From IMG/VR virus record IMGVR_UViG_3300033120_000579, positions 1 to 64,000 of that record: 64,000 nucleotides of DNA; one strand, given 5' to 3'. The notes below the pieces were generated by a model that saw nothing but the letters and a program-made list of their open reading frames with translations, did not search any database and was not told where the DNA came from. Below, one piece after another: positions 59,434 through 64,000 of the stretch. The position numbers and the translations under genes are program-made. Source of the stretch: a virus. Lineage: Duplodnaviria > Caudoviricetes. Each line of letters opens with the position of its first letter. Within the stretch, counting starts at the first letter, position 1.

Positions 59434-60929
59434 TATTTTCTTTTATTTTTAAATAAGTAACCACCTAAAGCTTTAGAATTACTATCAATTAATATTCCAG
59501 CTTTTCTAGCGGCTACTTCAGTTTCTTCAGATGTTGCTGTAGGATTCATTTTTTGATATTCTCCAAGCCAATTATATCCAGTAGTTGTACTAGCTATTTT
59601 TTTATATATTTCTTCTTTACCAATATCACCAATTCCATTTCCAATTTCAGCTAAATATTTAGAACGCTCATTATTGTAAGCTGCTTCATTTCTATCATTA
59701 ATATCTAATTCTAAATTATCTTGTTGTAAATTAGTAGCATTAATTCCAGCATTAAATTGTTGACCCTGTACATTAGTTGCCCTATTTTGAGCTTCTGCAT
59801 TTATATAGGCTTCTGATAAAGCTTTAGTTCTATTAAGACCTGCTCCTAAAATATTATTTCTTAATGCTCCAATAGAACCATTACTAGCTCCACTTAAAGA
59901 ATTAATAGTATTATTAGTTTCATTAGATATAATATTTTGTAAACTTCTTTCATCTACATATTCAGGATTAAATCTTTGATCTAATCTATTAAGTTTTGAA
60001 TAACTAGGTTTTTCTAATTCTGATAATTGATAAGCATTCATAGCAATTGGTGTATATCTGGCAGCTTGCCCTAAAGTACTTCCTAATTTAGATAAATCTG
60101 CTTTAGGTAGTTTATAACTTTCTGGAATAATTAAACCATTAGATTCTAGATTAATCCCCTCTGTAATAGCTAAATCATTAATAATCGTATTATCAATACC
60201 TAATCTTTTTAATTTTTCAATTTCTAATAAATCAGCATCTGGATTTAAAGGACCTCCTTTAGCATACATTTTACCACCATAAGCAAAATCATTACTAAAT
60301 TGATTACTTTCTTTAATATGTTTTCTTCTATTAGCTGCTTCTTCTTCAGATTTATTACCTAATTTAGAAATAAATCCACCAGCTAAATCTCCAACTACAC
60401 CACCAATCATTCCACCAATTGGACCACCAATAGCAGTTCCTGCAATAGTAGTACCTGCTTTAACACCTGAATTCAAAGCTTGTTCATTATTTCCAGTTGC
60501 TAAATTAGTTATAGAATCTATCCCTGATTCAACTCCTGGTAATGACATCATTTCCATTTCACCACCTAAAAACATTTGATTTTGACCTAATGTATTTCCA
60601 GGTTCAATTGGTTTCATTAATTCTTGAGCTTCTGCAATTTTAGATAACATTCCGTCTTTAGTAGATAATGAAATTTTATCATTTCTATCTTTAAATTTAT
60701 TATCTATAAACTTAGTAGCATCTGCCATAGTTTTATTAGTTAAAGATTTAGGTAGGTTATATTGTTTAATTATTTCAGGAGTAAGTTTAATTCTATTACT
60801 ATAAACAAAACCATTTTGAACAGTTTCTCCTTCTTCTACAGTATTATTGCTATTCATAGGCACACCACCTAGAATATTTTCTGAATGTAGTCCTCCTTCA
60901 TCAATTTTAGTTAAATCATTTTTTCTCAT
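59433..60929 (-). CDS. Virion cargo protein (crAss C1-like)
   Basis: GGLHSENILGGVP..VEEGET..VYSNR N-terminus, A.GG repeats, Gly-rich TM-like segment; Cys-free. Confidence 0.65.
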   Translation of the reverse strand: MRKNDLTKIDEGGLHSENILGGVPMNSNNTVEEGETVQNGFVYSNRIKLTPEIIKQYNLPKSLTNKTMADATKFIDNKFKDRNDKISLSTKDGMLSKIAEAQELMKPIEPGNTLGQNQMFLGGEMEMMSLPGVESGIDSITNLATGNNEQALNSGVKAGTTIAGTAIGGPIGGMIGGVVGDLAGGFISKLGNKSEEEAANRRKHIKESNQFSNDFAYGGKMYAKGGPLNPDADLLEIEKLKRLGIDNTIINDLAITEGINLESNGLIIPESYKLPKADLSKLGSTLGQAARYTPIAMNAYQLSELEKPSYSKLNRLDQRFNPEYVDERSLQNIISNETNNTINSLSGASNGSIGALRNNILGAGLNRTKALSEAYINAEAQNRATNVQGQQFNAGINATNLQQDNLELDINDRNEAAYNNERSKYLAEIGNGIGDIGKEEIYKKIASTTTGYNWLGEYQKMNPTATSEETEVAARKAGILIDSNSKALGGYLFKNKRK

Positions 60930-60968
60930 ATTATTATATATAATTGTATTAAATTCTTTGTATATCTA

Positions 60969-60999
60969 CAAAGATATAACATATTTGTATTATTTCCTA
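60969..60999 (-). promoter_or_regulatory. Promoter for cargo operon
   Basis: Minus strand TTTG-T-TAGGAAATAATACAAATATGTTATATCTTTG: both TTTG and TAnnTTTG elements present. Confidence 0.7.
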
Positions 61000-61020
61000 A
61001 CAAATTTTAAGTTTTTTTAT

Positions 61021-61069
61021 AACAAAAAAAGATATGAATTATATCTTTTGAATATAAAACATATCTTTT
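61021..61069 (-). terminator. Probable terminator after tail gene
   Basis: AAAAGATATG/CATATCTTTT stem followed by T tract on the minus strand. Confidence 0.5.
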
Positions 61070-61074
61070 AAGTT

Positions 61075-63999
61075 TTAAATACTATATCCTACAACTATAT
61101 CGTGTAGTATTAATTTATAATCATCAACATTATTAAATTGTAAATTTAAATAACACCAAGGATTTCTAATTCTATTTCTAGTATTAGCATTTCTTGGTAA
61201 TTGAATATTCCAATCTCTAAATTTACGTCTAAGATTTCCATTACGATTATTTATTAATTCAATTAAATTAGAATCTTGATATTCATTATAAAGTCTAATA
61301 TGTGTTAATGTTTTATCAAATTGATCTATATTATCTTTATAAACTTCAGATTTAAATATAATGTTATCAAATACTGTATCCAAATTAGCTTCAGGATTAA
61401 TCATTAAAGTTATTTCACTAGGATAATATATTTCATAAAATTGATTATATTCACCTTCATATTGTTTATATAATTTATTTATATCAGGATGTGTTGTAAT
61501 AAAATTGTCACCTTTACTAATATACATACTCGGAATATAATCATAAAAAGATATAAATTGATTAACTGCTTCATTAAATGAAATAGTAAAAGATTCTTTA
61601 TCTTCTTGATGGAATGTCATAAACATATCATTATTAATATAATCATAACCAGAACTAACTCCTTTTTTAATTAAAGGATTATTTATTTTAAGCTCTTCTA
61701 AGCTAATATTATTTGAAAACCATATATGGATACCTTTTGAATCAGATAATCCTTCTACACTACCTTTAAATACGTTAATTGAATTATTAAGAGTATCATA
61801 ATAATAAAATGCTGAAGGAGAATTAACAACAGACCATTTATTAAGTGTTCCAGATTCAGTAGATAAATATTTATATTCATTAAGAACTGTACCAGTTCCT
61901 AATTCTACAGATATACCATCACTACCTTGAACTTGAACTCTAGGTTGTATAGATAAATAAGCTAAAGCATTATCTTGTAAAGTATAAAGTTCATCCTTAT
62001 ATTTATGTAATATATTAATAGGACCATATTTACCATCCAATGTTAATACATTATTAGGTTGTAAGTCTGTCCAACTATCTATAATTTCTCCAGGAACTTT
62101 AACTTTTGTTGCAATAATATTAGTATCAAAAGAATTCACTTTTTTAAATTTATAATCTAAATCTCTACGAAGAATTAAATTACTATCTTGTGAATAAACT
62201 TTGTTATATTTTTGATATTCATCATTTCTAGGTTGAAATCTATTATCCCAATCAGTTAAACTTAAATCATTTCTATTTTTTAAATCTACAGTAGTTTCAA
62301 CTTTGAATTCTACAATTTCAGTTAATTGTTCTGAATTACGATTATATACTTCTGTTTCAGTTTTAACTAATTTTGTAAATTTAAAATTAGAAATAAAAGT
62401 ATCTCCAATATGTAAACAATTATATATATTAGTATTTATTACATTATAATTACCTACTTCAACATAATTAGTTCTTTTTTTAGATTCATAAGAGTTTCCT
62501 CCATATATATTACCAAGATATATTAAATTTTTATCTATTCTAAATTCAGAAATTAGACCTAAACCAGTATCAATCATTCCAGATAAGGTATGTAATTGTT
62601 CTAAAGTTATTCTATCTTCCGTAATTGTAGTATTATCTCCTAATGCAAAAGTTATGTTTTTAGCACCCCAACTATTTACATTTGTTAATATTACATCTGC
62701 AGCTAAAGGTTGTAATGAATTAGAATATCTTAAATCTGAATCATTATTATATGTTGTTAAACCTTGTCCTAAATTTACTATTTCAGGAATACCATAAGTT
62801 TGTATAGAATTATTAAAATTAGATTTAATAAAATTTTCTGTATATTTTCTATAAGTTTGAACAAAATTCATTTTATTTTCTTGACCATGACCAAAAAAAC
62901 CATGAAATTGAATATTATCTTTTTGACCTTTAATTAATTCAAAATTACTTGGAGTTAAAGCTTTTATATCATGAGGATAAATTGCATTAAAAACTTTAGC
63001 TTCATGATCAACAACTTTAGTTTCTATATCTCTAACTTGTTCCCATGCAGCATTATATTCATTTTCAAATCCTCCTATTAAATTTAAATTAACATTACTT
63101 AGATTTTGTAATATATTAAAAGTAATCTCAGGTGTAAACATTTGCATCAATTGTGTAAATTGATATGTACCTGCAGTCCATTGACTTGCTTCTGCAGCTT
63201 TATATACTTCATTTCTAGAATCACCATTCGTTCCAGGAGAATCCCAATTAGGATGATATTCAGTTCCTCTATCAACTCTAAAATAAGTTTTATTTCTCCA
63301 CATAGGAGCTAAATATTCATCAAATCTTCTCATCATAGATGGGATTTTTAAACCATTGTTTGCTCTAGTAATTAATGCTGCATCAATAGTATCACTACCT
63401 GTATTATCTCCAGAAACCTGTGATAACATCCCATTAATAAGTCCTTGACAAAGAATTGTTCTATCTCCTATATTTCTTTCAGCTCTAAGTAATTGATAAC
63501 CTACAGGTTTTAAAAATTCATCATAATTACCATCTTCATCTAAAAAATTATTATTATCATTTAACCATGTATAAAATAAAGCTTTAAATTCTATTTCTAT
63601 AGAAGAATAATATCCATTTAAATTAGATTCATTACCTATGACTATATTTTTAAAATCAGCAATCCATTTAGGTAAACTTATTTGACCATAATTGTTATAA
63701 AATTGTATTCCAATTCTATAAATTTCATTATCTTTTAAAAATTTATTTTCAGAATCTTTTTGTGTAAATCCATCTATACCTATTTGATTTCTTATAATTT
63801 TATATTTAAGATAAGGACCTTCTCCACCTAAAATTGTAGAATTATATTGTTTATTATATAAATCATAATTTTTGTTAATTGTAGAATGATCATATTGTAT
63901 TTTAGGTAATCCTGTAAGTATTGTACTAGATGTTATATTTAATGTAGGTTCATTTGATGTTATAATTCCACCAGATTCAATTAATGAATTATAAACAGG
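61075..63999 (-). CDS. Tail muzzle / stabilisation-like protein, 5' end beyond window
   Basis: Frame appears open from 63999 into the 61075-63429 ORF; DSW..F/L..LDGKYGPIN, FYYYD, FISFYDY, RKFRDW..PR..RIRNPW resemble crAss tail proteins. Confidence 0.65.
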   Translation of the reverse strand, partial: PVYNSLIESGGIITSNEPTLNITSSTILTGLPKIQYDHSTINKNYDLYNKQYNSTILGGEGPYLKYKIIRNQIGIDGFTQKDSENKFLKDNEIYRIGIQFYNNYGQISLPKWIADFKNIVIGNESNLNGYYSSIEIEFKALFYTWLNDNNNFLDEDGNYDEFLKPVGYQLLRAERNIGDRTILCQGLINGMLSQVSGDNTGSDTIDAALITRANNGLKIPSMMRRFDEYLAPMWRNKTYFRVDRGTEYHPNWDSPGTNGDSRNEVYKAAEASQWTAGTYQFTQLMQMFTPEITFNILQNLSNVNLNLIGGFENEYNAAWEQVRDIETKVVDHEAKVFNAIYPHDIKALTPSNFELIKGQKDNIQFHGFFGHGQENKMNFVQTYRKYTENFIKSNFNNSIQTYGIPEIVNLGQGLTTYNNDSDLRYSNSLQPLAADVILTNVNSWGAKNITFALGDNTTITEDRITLEQLHTLSGMIDTGLGLISEFRIDKNLIYLGNIYGGNSYESKKRTNYVEVGNYNVINTNIYNCLHIGDTFISNFKFTKLVKTETEVYNRNSEQLTEIVEFKVETTVDLKNRNDLSLTDWDNRFQPRNDEYQKYNKVYSQDSNLILRRDLDYKFKKVNSFDTNIIATKVKVPGEIIDSWTDLQPNNVLTLDGKYGPINILHKYKDELYTLQDNALAYLSIQPRVQVQGSDGISVELGTGTVLNEYKYLSTESGTLNKWSVVNSPSAFYYYDTLNNSINVFKGSVEGLSDSKGIHIWFSNNISLEELKINNPLIKKGVSSGYDYINNDMFMTFHQEDKESFTISFNEAVNQFISFYDYIPSMYISKGDNFITTHPDINKLYKQYEGEYNQFYEIYYPSEITLMINPEANLDTVFDNIIFKSEVYKDNIDQFDKTLTHIRLYNEYQDSNLIELINNRNGNLRRKFRDWNIQLPRNANTRNRIRNPWCYLNLQFNNVDDYKLILHDIVVGYSI

Positions 64000-64000
64000 T

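Noticed and set aside
6281-61071. Short antisense ORFs in the track (6281, 8626, 20648, 24069, 27063, 30933, 31357, 38726, 41933, 55323, 56941, 60847)
   Set aside because: Shadow frames opposite well-supported genes, with compositions typical of reverse-complemented AT-rich codons
1-64000. Additional remote DGR targets
   Set aside because: Other GTGTTG occurrences checked by eye (669, 19842, ~25399, ~33165, ~36599) do not continue the TR pattern; a computational scan of both strands is still advisable
1-64000. Stop-codon reassignment as in some crAss-like phages
   Set aside because: Long intact ORFs and dense packing under the standard code; TGA and TAG terminate genes at coupled junctions; no suppressor tRNA seen

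Overview
Very AT-rich 64 kb piece of a crAss-like (Crassvirales-related) phage genome. The host is probably Bacteroidota: promoters end in TAnnTTTG, starts are SD-less and A-rich, and signal peptides follow the Q-rule. The genetic code is standard. Plus strand, 1-43 kb: (i) an early/accessory region with a compact diversity-generating retroelement (target 3541-4035, TR 4056-4119, RT 4225-5175, no avd), tRNA-Leu(UAA), tRNA-like and other structured intergenic RNAs; (ii) replication genes (PolB, DnaB-like helicase, AAA ATPase, primase, RusA-like resolvase, PD-(D/E)xK nuclease, SF2 helicase); (iii) a nine-gene phiEco32-type amidoligase/GATase/ATP-grasp/GGCT cluster; (iv) nucleotide metabolism genes (dUTPase, class II RNR, MazG-like, phosphoesterase, degenerate UNG, spore photoproduct lyase) and two HNH endonucleases. 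Minus strand, 43-64 kb: five ejected cargo proteins, including the 2106-aa virion RNA polymerase (DYDID), and a truncated tail muzzle-like gene. Most striking observation: the ~5,930 aa of cargo proteins contain only four cysteines, all at the facing termini of consecutive giant proteins, which suggests a head-to-tail Cys-linked ejection chain. Second, the avd-less DGR appears to diversify a small early cytoplasmic protein rather than a tail fibre. All calls are by eye from motifs; no searches were run.
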